A DNA stretch of 64,000 nt from Octopus sinensis (GCF_006345805.1 NC_043009.1:372001-436000), one strand, 5' to 3'. Numbered from the stretch's first letter, positions 27,201-41,696 are shown. Translations and numbers: made by a program. Notes: generated from the sequence alone by a model not told the origin.

Positions 27201-30200
27201 ACCCTCGCAACATCGGCAAGCCATGCATTCTACCCTCCACCTTCACGGGAGGACCGCGATATATGCGTGAAAGGATCCAAGACGCCTTGACCTACGTGCG
27301 CATTTACGGCCGGCCGGACCTCTTTATCACCTACACGTGCAATCCCAGCTGCGACGAAATCACTCGCGAAATCCTCCCGGTCAATCTCACACCCATCGAC
27401 ACGACATCGTTGCTAGGGTTTTCCGTCTGAATTTGGGCAAAATGAAGGATTTGATAGTTAAGGGTCAGATTTTCGGGCATGTCAGGTGCCACATGTTTTC
27501 GGTCGAGTGGCAAAAGAAGGGCTTGCCACATGCTCACATCTTAATTTTGGCTCACTCATAAAATCGAGACTAATGACATTGACAAATTCATTTCCGCCGA
27601 GATTCCTGACCCCGATGAGGACCCCGGACTCTACGAAATTGTCCGCACTACCATGGTACACGGGCCCTGTGGACCAAATTACGCCAAACACCATGCTACA
27701 AAAACGGATTAGCCTGCTCAAAGGGATTCCCTAAACGGTTCACTTTGGAGACTCAAACAGGCGGCGATGGGTATCCGCTGTACAAACGAAGGAGTCCAGC
27801 CAATGGAGGCCGCACAATTACGGTTGGGCGACATCAAGTGGACAACAGCTACATTGTCCCCTACTGTCCTCTCCTGTCGAAGATATTCAAAGCCCACGTC
27901 AACGTTGAGTTCTGCAGCTCCATCAGGTCAATACAATATGTCTGCAAATATATCAACAAAGGCAGCGATGCTGCCATGTTCAGCATCCAGAGGACCACCA
28001 GTCGCGACGAAGTGTCCAACTACTTGGCTGGCCGGTACCTCAGCAGCAACGAAGCGTTTTGGCGCATTTACGGCTTCCCGCTCCATCAGAGACACCCGGC
28101 TGTGGTGCAGCTTGCTGTACACTTGGAAAATGGACAGCGGATTTACTTCACAGAGCAAAGTGCTGTGCAGATAGCCACCAGCCCTAAAGACACAACGTTG
28201 ACTGGTTTCTTCAAATTATGCCAACGTGATGACTTCGCTCGAACGCTTTTGTACCCACAGGTCCCATCGTACTTCGTGTGGTCTAAAAACACCTGGGTTC
28301 GACGGAAATCCGGCAAAAACGTCGAAAGCTTCCCAGGCGTCAAGTTTGACTCCTGCCTGGGTCGAGTTTACAACATCCCGCCAAACCAGCAAGAATGCTT
28401 CTACCTCCGTCTCCTTCTACATGAGGTCACTGGTCCAACAGGTTTCGCCAATATACGTACCGTCAATGGGGTTCTGTGCGACACCTTCAGGGAAGCATGT
28501 ATGAGACTTGGCCTTCTAGAGGATGACTCCCAGTGGGACGCCACGATGGCAGAGGGTGCTTTACTGCAAACGCATTCGGCCCTACGACATCTTTTCGCAA
28601 TCCTTCTTCAAAAATGTCAGCTTAGTGATCCACTAAGTCTCTGGATGAAATACAGGGATGACATGTCGCACGACTTCTTACGTACGGCTCAGCAACACTG
28701 CCCTTCCGCCGAGATCACGTTCACCAACTTCATTTACAATTTTGCGCTCATTCAACTCGAAGACGCTGTCATCGATATGGGTGGGTCTGCTTTAACAGAG
28801 TACGGCCTTCCGCCACCCACACGTGAACACGCCAATGTTATGTCTGCTGAATTGTTACGCGAAACTTCCTACTGCATTGAGGAACTGCACCAGTACGTCC
28901 AAGATAATGAACCACGGCTGCTTCCAGACCAGCGCATAGCCTACAACACATCGTAGACTCTGTCAGACAGCAACGTGGGGGGATTTTCTTCCTTGATGCA
29001 CCCGGCGGCACAGGCAAAAACTTCGTCACTAAACTAATTCTGGCAGAGGTCAGACGCAACACGGACATTGCCCTGGCTGTAGCTTCCTCTGGTATCGCGG
29101 CCACGTTGCTTCCGGTGGCAGAACCGCCCACTCTGCCTTCAGACTCCCGCTCGATCTGGCAAAGTCCGAGTCACCTATCTGCAACATCGCCAAGAACTCA
29201 GAACAGGCCGACATTCTTCGCAGATGCAAACTCATCGTATGGGACGAGTGCACTATGGCACACAAAGGCGCCCTTGAGGCACTGGACAGGTCCCTGCAAG
29301 ACATCAGGACTCTACGGCCCCCATGGGAGGATTAACTTTACTTCTTTCAGGAGACTTCAGGCAGACTCTACCTGTTATTCCAAAAGGAACCCGTGCCGAT
29401 GCCGTGCGCGCTTGCCTTAAGTCGTCAGCTCTTTGGGCACATGTGCGGCCCTTGCACCTCCAAACTAACATGCGCGCGCAGTTAATTGGTGACAGCGGAT
29501 CCGCTGCATTCTCCAGGGACCTCTTATCGCTCGGTGAAAATAGGATGCTGTCTGATGCGGATGGCTACGTTCAATTGGACTCACTTTGCACCATTGTCGA
29601 CACCCCTGCTAGCCTCCGGGACGCTGCCTTCCACGACCTACAAAACAATTTACGCGACCTAAAATGGCTGGCAGGCAGAGCTATTCTCGCACCCAAAAAT
29701 ACAACCGTCAACTCCATCAATATCCAGCTACTTGAAGCTATTCCTGGTGATGTCCACGTCTACAAATCTATAGATAGTACAGCAGACCCCGCCCAGCTTG
29801 CCGATTATCCTGTTGAATTCCTGAATTCACTTGAACCGCCAGGCCTGCCACCACACATCCTGAAGTTAAAAGTCGGTGCGCCCATTATGCTCATCAGGAA
29901 TTTGGTTCCACCTAAACAGTGCAACGGCACACGTTGGTGTGTGTGAAACATTTGGCACCACATTTAATAACGGCCACAATACTTACCGGTTGTGGGAAGG
30001 GAGAGGACGTCTTCATTCCACGGATGCACCTTCAACCGTCGGGCGCTGACCTACCAATCCACTTCAGGCGTTCTCAGTTTCCTGTTAAACTCTGCTTCGC
30101 AATGTCCATCAATAAATCCCAAGGCCAAACGCTACAAGTCGCTGGGTTACATTTGGGCGAACAGTGCTTCGCCCACGGTCAACTCTACGTGGGCTGTTCA

Positions 30201-30404
30201 CGCGTTGGGAGGCGCAATGATGTTTTCATGTTTTCGCCCAAACGGACAGCTAGGAACATCGTATATACAGAAGTATTCCAGTGAAGACAAGACATTGCAA
30301 CGTCCACATGCACCTTCGTTCCCTGGAGGGAAAGGACTACATTGGGATTAGTCGTTGCCTACTAGGGGCTCTTACATACCCGGGCAACGCGGGCTATGCT
30401 GCTA

Positions 30405-30405
<1 letters not shown>
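24264..30405 (+). mobile_element. Helitron, complete ends, Rep/helicase ORF frameshifted
   Basis: 5' A|TC, 3' CTAG|T with hairpin cccgggcaacgcggg, inserted in (TA)n. Rep motifs GRPDLFITYTCNP, VEWQKKGLPHAHIL, YVCKYINKG. PIF1-like helicase motifs DAPGGTGK, WDEC, GDFRQTLPV, FAMSINKSQGQTL, QLYVGCSRV. Confidence 0.95.
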
Positions 30406-30482
<77 letters not shown>

Positions 30483-30523
30483 TATATAATATATTTATAT
30501 ATATATATATATTATATAATTAT

Positions 30524-30573
<50 letters not shown>

Positions 30574-31028
30574 ATATATATTATATATATGTTCTCGTTT
30601 ATGTCCAGATTTCTTGCCAATCCAGAAAGATCCGATTTCTGATCAAGATACAAGGCTTCTTTGGAATTTTAACAATACCGTTAATGTAGTTGTTGCATGT
30701 ATGCGTGAATATGTGCAAATATTTGAAGTGAATTCATGTAAAGGCGTGTGGTTTGTTTTCTGAATATATGCTCATACGTATATTCGCGTGTCTAGATATG
30801 TGCATATGTACTTTGGGAATTTTACATCATTTGACAGTTCCATTGATGGCATATAACTGTAGACTTCTAATTAGGTTTCTCCTTTCTGATTTTCAGAACC
30901 ATGATTTCTCAAGATTAGTGCATGTAAGCATGTATTTATATGTATGTCTCTCTTTCTTTATGTCGTAAAACATTGAGATCCACGGAACCTAATGAAACGA
31001 AACTAAGTATTATTGTAATAAATTTTAC

Positions 31029-31034
31029 TTTATT
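31029..31034 (-). terminator. Polyadenylation signal of gene B
   Basis: TTTATT on + (AATAAA on -) at the position homologous to 12172-12177. Confidence 0.6.
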
Positions 31035-31194
31035 TCAAAGTTTAGGGCAGCTCAAATTATAATTTTCATATCAATATACAATTAAGACAACAAGAATTTG
31101 TACTCTTTGAACTCGTACATTCATTTAGAAAGCAAGTTTACAACTTTTAAATCAACATATATTTATCAATTTTATGAATATATAATAAAAAATT

Positions 31195-31277
31195 TTAAAG
31201 AAGTAACTTCTTGAAGGCGACTGCTGCAATGAAAGCACCAGAGATGACACTGCTATGAGCATACAGTTTGGGTACGT
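31195..31277 (-). CDS. Gene B, terminal coding exon
   Basis: Identical to 11929-12011 in reverse complement; reads VPKLYAHSSVISGAFIAAVAFKKLLL*. Confidence 0.85.
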
Positions 31278-31360
31278 CTGAAAATATAGAGAAATACAAT
31301 GTTAGTATTAATGGTTTTTTATTTTTTTTATTATTATTATTATATTATATTATTATTATA

Positions 31361-31406
<46 letters not shown>

Positions 31407-31407
<1 letters not shown>

Positions 31408-33278
31408 TATGTTTGACTTTTGCTTTATATTTGTACAAGTTGGCTCCAAGTCTCACCCAGAGACCTCAAGAGACAACAGGGTTGGAAGTTCATGTTGTTG
31501 TTATGCCTAGTGTGCCATATATTTGGGGGGTGGGGATGTTGTACTAATGAATGTCTAAAAAAAAGTTGTTTTTTTTTTAAACCGAAAATTATGGTTGTTT
31601 TAAACCTTGAGGTTACATAGAGAGTATTTTGCGTAGGATATGAGCAGTTCCCATGAGCACTATCTTTTGAACTTCTGCCTTTTTGGGTTTCCTGGTATCT
31701 GAATTAGGTAGCTATCAGCCCCTTTTGCTATCATTCCAGGGCACCTATGACAACAGGTATTGTTTTAGTCTTCAGCTTCCACATTTTGCTGATTTCTATT
31801 TCAAGATCTTTATATTTGCTCAGTTTTTGGTAGGTCCTGACAGATACGTTTATATCGATTGGGACAGTCATATCAATGAGGAAGCATGTTCTTTGTTGAA
31901 GTCTTTCAATATGATGTCTGGCCTATTTGCATCTATCTTCCTGTCAGTTTGAATGGTGAAGTTCCAGAGGAGTGAGATGTGGTCATTTTCAAGCACTGGG
32001 GGTGGTTTGTGTTCCCACCAGTTTTTTTCATGGGGCAAATCCAGGTTTTTACAGATTACCCAGTGAATATATTGTGCAGCTCTATCGTGCCTGTTGAGAT
32101 ACTCTGTAGGCGCTAGAAGACTACACTTGGAGACCACATGGTCAATGGTTTCATTTTGTTGCTTGCACACGACACACGTTGGACCGCTTCTGATCTTTAT
32201 ATGTTGGCCTGGTAGTTTCTTGTTGGTAGGCATTGATCTTGAGCTGCTATGATAAACCCCTCTGTTTCAGATTTTAAGCCAGAGGCCATTAGCCATTGAT
32301 GGGTCAGGGCTTTGTCGATATCTGCATTATTCGCTCTCTTTGGGTATTTGCCATAGAGAGGTTTTTCTTGCCATTTATTATTCAGAATATCTAAGGCCGC
32401 AGTTTTGGCACGGGTTTTCATGCGCCTAGCTTTTTCTGTGCTTGTTTCTTGTATGTCTATCTCTAATTCCGAAATTGGTTGTATTCGGAATTCACTTAGA
32501 TATTCCTTTGCCTGTTTTGTGACTGAGTATGATGCTTTCTTGTTTTCATGTTTTGAACAAGTTTTAACATCCAGTCCTCAGAGTTTTTCAGGTAGGTGTC
32601 TAGGCCAATTGTAGCAATCTTCATTGTTATTGCCAGTTGCAAAAGACCGGGCCTCCCTCTTTTCTTGGCAGATAGAGTCGTTCTGTATCTGCCTTAGGGT
32701 GGTGCATTCTATGCATTGTCACAGTTCCTTATTTTTCTGTCGAGCTGACATATTTCAGTAATTGACCAGTTAACAATATTGAAACTGTAAGTCACGACTG
32801 GTATAGCTAATGCATTGATTGCTTCGATCCTGTTTCTTGCATTCAGCTCTGTCTTGAGTATTGCTCTCACTCTTCGATAGCATTCTCTCCTGATCCTTTC
32901 CTTCATCTCTGAATGCCTTATTCCGTTCCCTTCCATAACTCCTAGGTACTTGTAGCTCTCCGCTGGGTCTAGCTCTTTTATGACATTCTGTTGGTCAAGG
33001 TTAACGTTAGATGTTTCTGTCATTTTTCCTTTGATAAAGGTAGCCTTTGCACATTTATCGAGGCCGAATTGCATTCTGATGTCGTCACTGAATTGTTTGA
33101 CTATCGCTAGTAAGCCCTTGAGTTGTTGATCATTTTTTGCAAAAAGCTTTAAATCGTCCATGTAAACGAGATGATTTATATTTTTATCAAACATTTTATA
33201 CCCGTACTGCGCGTCATTGAGCAGCTTTGAGAGAGGTATTAAGGATAAACAAAAGAGGAGTGGTGACAGTGAGTCACC
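31407..33278 (-). mobile_element. R4/Dong-type element, family 3, 5'-truncated copy
   Basis: Begins at RT motif GDSLSPLLFCL, then YMDDLKL and CVVCKQQNETIDHVVSKC...NRPDIILKD. 3' UTR ends in (TAA)n. Confidence 0.88.
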
Positions 33279-33288
33279 ATTATTATCA

Positions 33289-33375
<87 letters not shown>

Positions 33376-33446
33376 TTTTTATTATTATCATCATCATTAT
33401 CATCATTATTATTATCATAATCATTATTATCATTATTATTATTATT

Positions 33447-34107
33447 CTATGTTTGACTTTTGCTTTATGTCTGTACAAGTTGGCTCCAAGTCTCACCCAG
33501 AGACCTCAAGAGACAACAGGTTGGAAGTTCTGTGCCATATATTTGTTTTGTTTTTCTGGTGTTGTACTAGTGAATGTCTAATACATAAAAAAAAAATAAT
33601 AAATAAAAAGTTTGTTTTAAACCTTGGGATTACATAGAGAGTATTTTGCGTAGGATATGAGCAGTTCCCATGAGCACTATCTTTTGAATTTCTGCCATTT
33701 TGGGGGTTTCCTGGTATCTGAGTTAGGTAGCAATCAGTCCCTTTCGCTATCATTCCCAGGGCACCTATGACAACAGGTATTGTTTTAGTCTTCAGCTTCC
33801 ACATTTTGCTGATTTCTATTTCAAGATCTTTATATTTGCTCAGTTTTTGGTAGGTCTTGACAGATACGTTGATATCGATTGGGACAGTCATATCAATGAG
33901 GAGGCATGTTCTTTGTCTGAAGTCTTTCAATATAATGTCTGGCCTATTTGCATCTATCTTCCTGTCAGTTTGAATGGTGAAGTTCCAGAGGAGTGAGATG
34001 TGGTCATTTTCAAGTACAGGAGGTGAATTGTGTTCCCACCAGTTTTTTTCATGGGGCAAATCCATGTTTTTGCAAATTACCCAGTGAATATATTGTGCAG
34101 CTCTATC
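33447..34107 (-). mobile_element. R4/Dong-type element, family 3, second shorter 5'-truncated copy
   Basis: RLE C-terminus (ORF 33493-34065) and the same 3'UTR as 31407-31700; sits between two TAA tracts. Confidence 0.88.
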
Positions 34108-34128
34108 ATTATTATTATTATTATTATT

Positions 34129-37100
34129 CAGTAGTCTTATTTTTATAGCGTGCTTTCACTTCACTACCGAGCGCAGCTCTGTGTGCCTTGGGTATGTGTT
34201 GTGATTTGTTGTGATGCTCTGATGGTTATTGTATGGAAAGTGTTCTGCGTAGGATGTGTGCAGTGCCTAGTAGTGCAATTTTCTGTATGTTATATGTGTT
34301 TGTAAGTCCTGGTGTTTTTGTTATGTATTTGTCTGAATATTTTTTATCATGCCTAATGCACCTACTATGATAGGAATTGTTTCTGTTTTCAGATTCCACA
34401 TTCTAGTTACCTCTATTTCCAGGTCTTTGTAGTTTGAGAGTTTCTCCATTTCTTTTAGAGACACGTTGTCATCTGCCGGTATTGATACATCAATTAGAAA
34501 GCATTTTTTTTCTTCATGATCTCTGACAACTATATCTGGTCTGTTGGCCTTAATTTCTCTATCTGTATGTATCGGCATATCCCAGAGTATGGTTGCTTTC
34601 TCGTTTTCTGTGACCTTTTCTGGTGTGTGCCTATACCATCTTTTTTCTGTTGTTATTCCATAATGTTGGCATAGCTTCCAATGTATGTAGGTTCCAACTC
34701 TGTCATGTCTGTGAATATATTCCTTCTTAGCCAGGACTGGGCAGCTAGAGATAATATGATTTATTGTTTCTTGTCCATCTCCACATATTCTGCAGTTACT
34801 TGTAATATTTCTTTTCATTACATGTTTTTGGTAATTTCTGGTGGGGAGGCTTTGGTCTTGTGCTGCAATTAAGAATCCCTCTGTTTCTGCTTTGAGTCCT
34901 GAGCTTCTCAACCATTGCTGGGATTTTTCTTTGTCTATTTCTTATGCGTTTAGTTTAGTGCAGTATTTACCATGAAGGGGCTTTTCTTGCCATCGTTTTA
35001 TCATGGTTCGTTGCTGTTCTATTTTTAGTTTGGATTTCATTTGTTCTATAGCTTTTGTTGTTTCTTTATCATCTTCTTCTTCTTCTTCATGTTTATTAGG
35101 TGGTATGATTTCTTGTTTGTATTTGTCAGCTTCCTTAAATACTGAGAACAGTTTTTTTGTTTTGCTCGTGTTTTGCCGCTATTTGTATCAGTTTTCCTTC
35201 CTTCTGAAGTAGATATTTTTGCAGTCCTATGGTGGTTATTTTATAGTAGTTTTCCAGCTGTATAAGGCCTCTACCACCTTCTATACGTTGTATATATAGT
35301 TTTTCTATGTCAGATTTTGGGTGATGCATCCTAGATCCTGTCAGTATTTTTCTTGTTTTCCTATCTATTTTGGACAGTTCATTTCGTGTCCAGTTAAGGA
35401 TATTGTAGCTGTAACTTATAACTGGGACAGCTAAAGTGTTGATACCTATTATCTTGTTTTTAGCATTGAGCTCTGTTTTTAGTATTGATCTAACTCGTCT
35501 ATAATATTCTTTTTTTATTTTCTCTAGTTCATGGATTCCTAAGTATTTTTAAGTTTGGCTTTGGTCTAATTCTTTTATTTCATTGCTTTTATCTAGTGTG
35601 AGGCTGTTACTCTTAACTAGTTTTCCTCTTTTCATGGTTACTTTGGCGCATTTTTCTAATCCAAATTTCATATCTATTTCTTTGGTAAATCCATGAACTG
35701 TCTTTAATAGTGTTTCCAGCTGTTTGTCATTTGCAGTGTACAGTTTTAGGTCATCCATATATAAAAGGTGGCTGATCGTTTTGCCGTAACATTTATATCC
35801 GCATCTATTTAGCATATGAGATAGAGGTGACAGTGCCAAGCAGAAAAGGAGTGGAGAGAGCGTGTCTCCCTGGAATATTCCTCTCCTAATGGGGATGTCT
35901 TTGGTTTTCATGAGTCCCTCTTTTGTTTGGAGGTGTAGGACTGTTTGCCATTTATTCATAGAGTGCTCTATGAATTTTATGATTGTTGGTGCTACTTTGT
36001 TAATGGCTAGTGTTTCGAGGATCCATGTGTGGGGGATGCTATCAAACGCTTTTTTGTAGTCAATCCAGGCCATACTGAGGCCTTTCTTCTTTCTGTGGCT
36101 GTCTTCAGTTACGGCTTTATTAATCATTAGTTGATCTTTACAGCCATATGAGCCTTTGCGGCATCCTTTCTGCTCTTCTGGGAACAGTTTGTTTTCGTCC
36201 AGGTGTTTGTTCAGCCTTTGCGATATCACTGCAGTAAATGCCTTGAACATAGTAGGGAGGCAGGTTATTGGTCTGTAGTTTTCTGGTTTTGCTGTTTCAT
36301 TTGATTTGGGAATTAAGATGGTTTTCCCCTTCGTGAGCCATTCAGGCATTGTCTCTGGCTCTGCTAGTATGCTGTTAAAGTTTTCAGCCAGCTTTTTGTG
36401 CATTCCTGTTAGATATTTCAACCAGAAGTTGGGGATCTTGTCATGCCCAGGTGCCTTCCAGTTGCTTTGTTTTTGCAGTGCCTGGGTGACCTCTTCAGTT
36501 GTTATGGGGGTCCAAAGTTTTTCAGATGCCGAGTTTGTTATTTTGATACTCCTTTTTTTTGGCTGTTCGTTCGCCGGCCAAATTTCTCTCCAGAATTCTT
36601 CCAATTCTTCTGCCGTTGGTGCTGCAGTGACTTCTATTTTATTTTTTCCCAGTTCTTGGTAGAACTTTTTGGGGTTGGAGTTGAACTTTTTGTTCTGTTC
36701 AAAGAAGCGTTGGCGTTTCTCGTACCGGCGGATCCTTTGAGCTTTGGCAAGGATATCTTGCTTCAGCTTTTCTCTTATCTCCGGCAAATCTTTTTCTGTG
36801 ATGTTATATTTGCGGAGCATTTTTGTTCTCTTTTTGTTGCTCAGTAGCATTGATTGTTTGCTGATTTCATTAAGAATCGACAGGTCTTTTCTAATTTTTT
36901 TTTTTGTTTTGGATGTTATTTATCCACAGGGTTTGTTTGGGTGGTGTTACTCCTGGTTGGGCGGGTTTGGGTGAGTATCCAGCTTCTTTTGTGGCTGCAG
37001 TGGTTGCTGCGTATATCAAGTCATTTAGTTCAGTGATATAATTTTTTTTTGTTTCAGTGGCTAGTTCAGTGGCGGCTAGGTTTATGCTGTTTATAATTGG

Positions 37101-38062
37101 TGTTGTTATTTCGTTTATTTTTATTCTTGGGAGGTATGGTCGGTGGTCCATTTTGGGCTCTGTGGTTTTCAGTTCTTTGATTATTTTATTTTTTATATTA
37201 TCATAATCATTAGGCTCCCCTTCGTTGTTTACATCGTGTTTGTTGGGAATGTTGCGTTTGTCTTCGTGTTTTACAGTTTCAGTGTTTATATTATTGGGCA
37301 TTGTTGTGTGGCTTCTATCTACATTTTCCTGGTGTATGTTTTCTTTTAGATGTTCTATTTCTATTTCTGATATTTTTTTTGTGTTGAGAATGTATCTTCG
37401 TACGTTAGCTAATTTATTAGGGTTCATTGCTGTATCCAGGTCTATATCTCTATTATTTTCCTTCCATATTTTATATGTATGTGTTGTTGTATTTTCATTT
37501 TTTGGGTAGAGCATTGCTGTGAAGTATGCGTGTAAGATAGAAATGTATTCCTCACGTGTCCATTTATGTCTTTTGGGTTTTATTTGCGGGACATGAGGTA
37601 CAACGTCCGGCCCATTATTTTGACGGTCGTCATTTTCGTAGGGTACCGGTCCGTTTATTTCTGTTGTCACATTATTTCGCACGTGTAGTTTTTCGTACAT
37701 TTTTTGTTGTAAGTTTAATGAACATACCGCTCGATTTTTATTCTTGGGTTAAATAGTATCGGTGGCATTTAATTTCTTCGTAGTTCCTTTGTACATGGTG
37801 TTTGGGGTCGGGGATGATCGTGATGTTCCACGCATGTTTACATGTGTTGTGTTAGAGGTGGAGATGACATCGAGTCAAAATACATCATTTCGTTTCGAAA
37901 ATAGTAATAAATTTCAATTAGTATTACTTACTCGGATACAGTCCAATTCTTTGTTAGTAAATCTTTAGCTCCATAGGATGTCCTTGTTTTCGATGTTTGT
38001 GGATAGATTTCGGAGCTCTGTATTTTCCTTCTTACATCTTAAACGTTCCCCGGTGTTCTCTC
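34129..38062 (-). mobile_element. R4/Dong-type RLE non-LTR retrotransposon, family 2, near full length, degraded
   Basis: ORF pieces 36891-37700, 35549-36850, 35135-35329 and 34321-34911 contain QGDTLSPLLF, YMDDLKL, CRICGDGQETINHIISSC and NRPDIVV...IDVSIP...EKLSNY. (TAA)n at both ends. Confidence 0.9.
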
Positions 38063-38089
38063 TTATTATTATTATTATTATTATTATTA

Positions 38090-38137
<48 letters not shown>

Positions 38138-39330
38138 GAGAGATAGTCGGAGGTTGGCGAGAAATATTTTTTGGGGTTGGCAAGAGAATTTGTCGGAGAT
38201 TGGCGAGAGAGAATGTCGGTGGTTGGCGAGAGAGATTGTTCGAGGTTGTCGAGAGAGGTTGTCGGAGGCTGGAGAGAGAGGTTGTCGGAGGGAGAGGCAT
38301 CTTTGTTCCAAAATATCAGTCTTGCAGGGCTTGGTAAGAGACAATGTTTTCGGTTTTGCCGTTGGGTGCATAGATGTAAATATTTTCCAGATTTCCAACT
38401 CTAGAGCTTCCGACATAGAGCTGTCCGTGAGAGGAATTAGGTTCTGCAAGATTAAGGCCTACCAATTCCAATGTCTGACCCTATACTTTGTTGATCTGAA
38501 TCTTTAAGGATTAAGATTCAAATAAAGAAAGTGCAATAATAAGGTTTAACAGCGCAAAAGTGTAAGTAATGAAATACAGAATTTGGTCCGCTGATCGGGC
38601 GAATCAAATATTGATCGCTTCGCTAAAATCTTATGTAAATGCATGTGCTCTGGTTTATTTCCGTTGAGTGTTTAAATAAAAGATTAGTTATATGTAGTAG
38701 ATATAAGGATCCCCTCCAGGTGCACTATTATCGATTTTTTTCGACAATCTAAGTATGTCACGAAGTTTGTGTTTTCATTGGAGGTCTCTTATCTCCATTC
38801 CAGCTCCCGGTGGCGTAGAAGAGATTAGAAGTGGCAAAGACATTATTCTGCTTAGCGAAGGCATCTGGCAAATGTAACTGCTGTCATTCACAGAAAGACT
38901 ATTGCTTTACCGTGAGAAAGTTGCTGCTGAACTGTTAAGTGAAATTTATCTATCGAGCATCGAATCCACACTATACCTGTATGAAGCCACCACAATTACA
39001 TTCTAGAATTAAAAATTCACCTACTGACATCGAAAAGGTTTAACTGGAGACATGCAGAATTATCGGAGTTAATTTTTCCCTGGCGCTCATGCGTCATCTG
39101 ATGCACATTCCCAATGTGTGTTTCAACCTCCAAAGTTGCTTGGGACTTTTGAAAGGAAATACTCAGAGCGTATGAAGCAAAGTTTAACTAAACTCAGAAC
39201 TTATGAAGCAAAGGTTAACTGAAAACAAACATAGACGTTTACGACAAACTTAATGAAAGAGTTTTGCATCCAATTAAGGAGTTTAGGATGTGTGTGTGTG
39301 TGTTTTTGTGCGTGGGGGGGTGATACTTAC

Positions 39331-39452
39331 TTGATGACTCTGGACATCCTAATTTTTTAATGGATTGACGAACTTGGTCGAATATTTTCTCCACTTCATC
39401 ACCGCAACCGCTAGCGGCCGAATCCATACAGTTCATGAAGTCTGAAGCTACT
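39331..39452 (-). CDS. Gene B, next coding exon
   Basis: 122 nt with AG/GTAAGT borders; reads (K)VASDFMNCMDSAASGCGDEVEKIFDQVRQSIKKLGCPESS(N). Confidence 0.87.
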
Positions 39453-40254
39453 CTATAATGGTGGAAAGAAAGAAAACATTGAATATTTACATAGGTGCAG
39501 GCGTAGCTGTGTGATAAGAAGCTTGCTTCCCAACAACATGGTTCCAGATTCAGTCCACTGCGTGGAATCTTCAGGAGGTGTCCTCTACTATGGCCTCGGT
39601 CCAACCAAAGCCTTGTGAGTGGATTTGATAGACGGAAACTGAAAGAAGCCCGTGTCTAACTACATAGGAATGGCTGTGTGGTAAGTAGCTCGCTTACTTC
39701 ACAACAGAAGAGTTCGCGTTTTTATACGCTCCGAAGTCATATCGTTCGAAGTCGAAATATTGGAAAACTGAAGCACGACTACAGGTAAGGCGTTTATTTT
39801 GGGGGGAGGTCAGTGGAGTCCGTTGTTTCGTAATTAATAATTTTTGACGAGCAAGGGTCTCCACTGGGTTATTTGCCTGCATGTGGTCCTGCAAAAAGAC
39901 TCACTGTGTAGTGAGAATTGTGTTTTTCTTGAGGGGGGCGTATCCCCTCCGGAAATTTATGATTTTATGTGACTGTGGATTTTAAGTGACTTCGTGGATG
40001 TTACCAATTGGAGTACAACCAGAATTTTACTATTTGGAGTACAACCAGGAATTTTTTGCTGCTATTTTTGTGCTGCAAGGGATTTTTAACTGTGCGACAA
40101 AGGATTACCAGAGTTGAATTTTGTTGTCCTTTGAACTGTCATCCTTCGTTCTTTTCCTCTATTCTGTCATTCTGCTTTTTTTGTGTTTGCATTGGGGACT
40201 CTTATCTGAACATTTTTGATTTTGTTATGAACTTTTACAGTTTATTTTATTTTA

Positions 40255-41106
40255 TTGGTGATAAACAAATGTAAGAAAGCCCTGGGTGGCGAATTGTGGA
40301 CCTCAAGGACTGGTTCAAACTATGATGCGGGAACGGTGTTGTTGCGTCCCTATTGCAAGGACCGCGACACCATCTGTGTATTCCCTCAGAGTGAAATTGA
40401 AGAAGAGTCGGCTGGATTTGAGCCAACTTATAGGTTCATCCGTAGGGGGACAATGTACGCTACGGTGTGCGTGCTTTTCGACACCCCTACGGAGGCTCAG
40501 AAATTTGCGAGACAACTTGAAGATGGGATGAAGATTTTGCTTCTCCCCACGTATGGTGTGCGTAAATTGACAAGAGCCTGGGTATGTGGGCTGCCGCCCA
40601 GTACAGTAGATGGATGGATAGAAGATTCTATCCGTCGAGGCCTGAGTGGTGGCCTTGCCAGGCTCTTAAGTGTAAAAATACTGCCTGCGGTCGAATGGGT
40701 CGGGCTAAAAGCAATATTCACCCAAAGAGCCCGATCGGCCGAAGATCTGGTTTTACCAGATTTCTTGACAATGGCTGGTTCCAGGCACCCGGTGATCACT
40801 GAGGGACGCCCCCCACCCAAGTGTCACATGTGCATGGAATCAGGGCTCATGAAGAACTGTTACCGGGATCAGGCGGATGTCCTGGAACAGTTGATTCATG
40901 GATGTGAACACACTGTTCCCCCAACGGAGACTTCTGCTCCTTCACTGGAGAAAGTTGAGGAGGAGGTAACCTCCTCGAGAAAAGGTACTAAGAGGAACAA
41001 GGTGGGCAACAATGGTTGCCCGCCGATGGCGGGACGGGAGGAGGGACCTCCGGATATGTCGGAGGAACTCCACCCTCCCGCCGCAAAGGGGAAAAGAGGG
41101 ACATAA
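40255..41106 (+). mobile_element. LINE ORF1-like (gag-like zinc-knuckle) reading frame, no adjacent ORF2
   Basis: 283 aa with an RRM-like region and GRPPPKCHMCMESGLMKNC; lies in an intron of gene B, antisense to it. Confidence 0.65.
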
Positions 41107-41590
41107 ATAATCCAACCGTGGTTGTTACGCGGTGGTGGGAGGAGCATAGGAAAACACTCACACACACAGACGAGTGACCTTCGCCTCTTCGAATGAATGT
41201 ATTTTTTTCCAATTATATCGCTGACTCCCACATAAAAATATTCACTGGCAGGTAGACCTGGTGCAACGCCATGGCCACAGGATCAATCTCTTGCTGGATC
41301 TATAACTGTAGAGTAGTTCCTTTCAGGGCCAGAAAGCCCCTAAGAATAGGACGCAATTAAGGGGAAACTACATGTTCTTCCAAATTCCTGAACACTGGAG
41401 CTGTGTCCTCGCCACGCGGATTAAGTCAATCCTAAATTTAGAGGTTAACAAAACTTGACCTAGGTGCCACTTGGGTGGATCGAACCTGGCTCCTCATGAG
41501 TACGAAACTAAATCTCCTGACAATGTATTAAGAAGAGAACAATGGAAAAATGAAAAAATTCTTTGTTTTTAATTTATTTCTTTATCTTAC

Positions 41591-41696
41591 TTGCACCGAG
41601 TCTCTTTATCTCCGCCGTCTTGCATCTTTGGAGCGTATTGATTTTGGCATTCGATTACCTTTTGAATGTTGCAGTCAGCCATGGTACTGCCAATCG
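41591..41696 (-). CDS. Gene B (paralogue of A), internal coding exon
   Basis: Reverse complement: tttgtttcag|CG ATT GGC AGT ACC ATG GCT GAC TGC...TGC AA|gtaaga. Reads xIGSTMA-DCNIQKVIECQNQYAPKMQDGGDKETRC(K), 106 nt like copy A. Confidence 0.85.
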
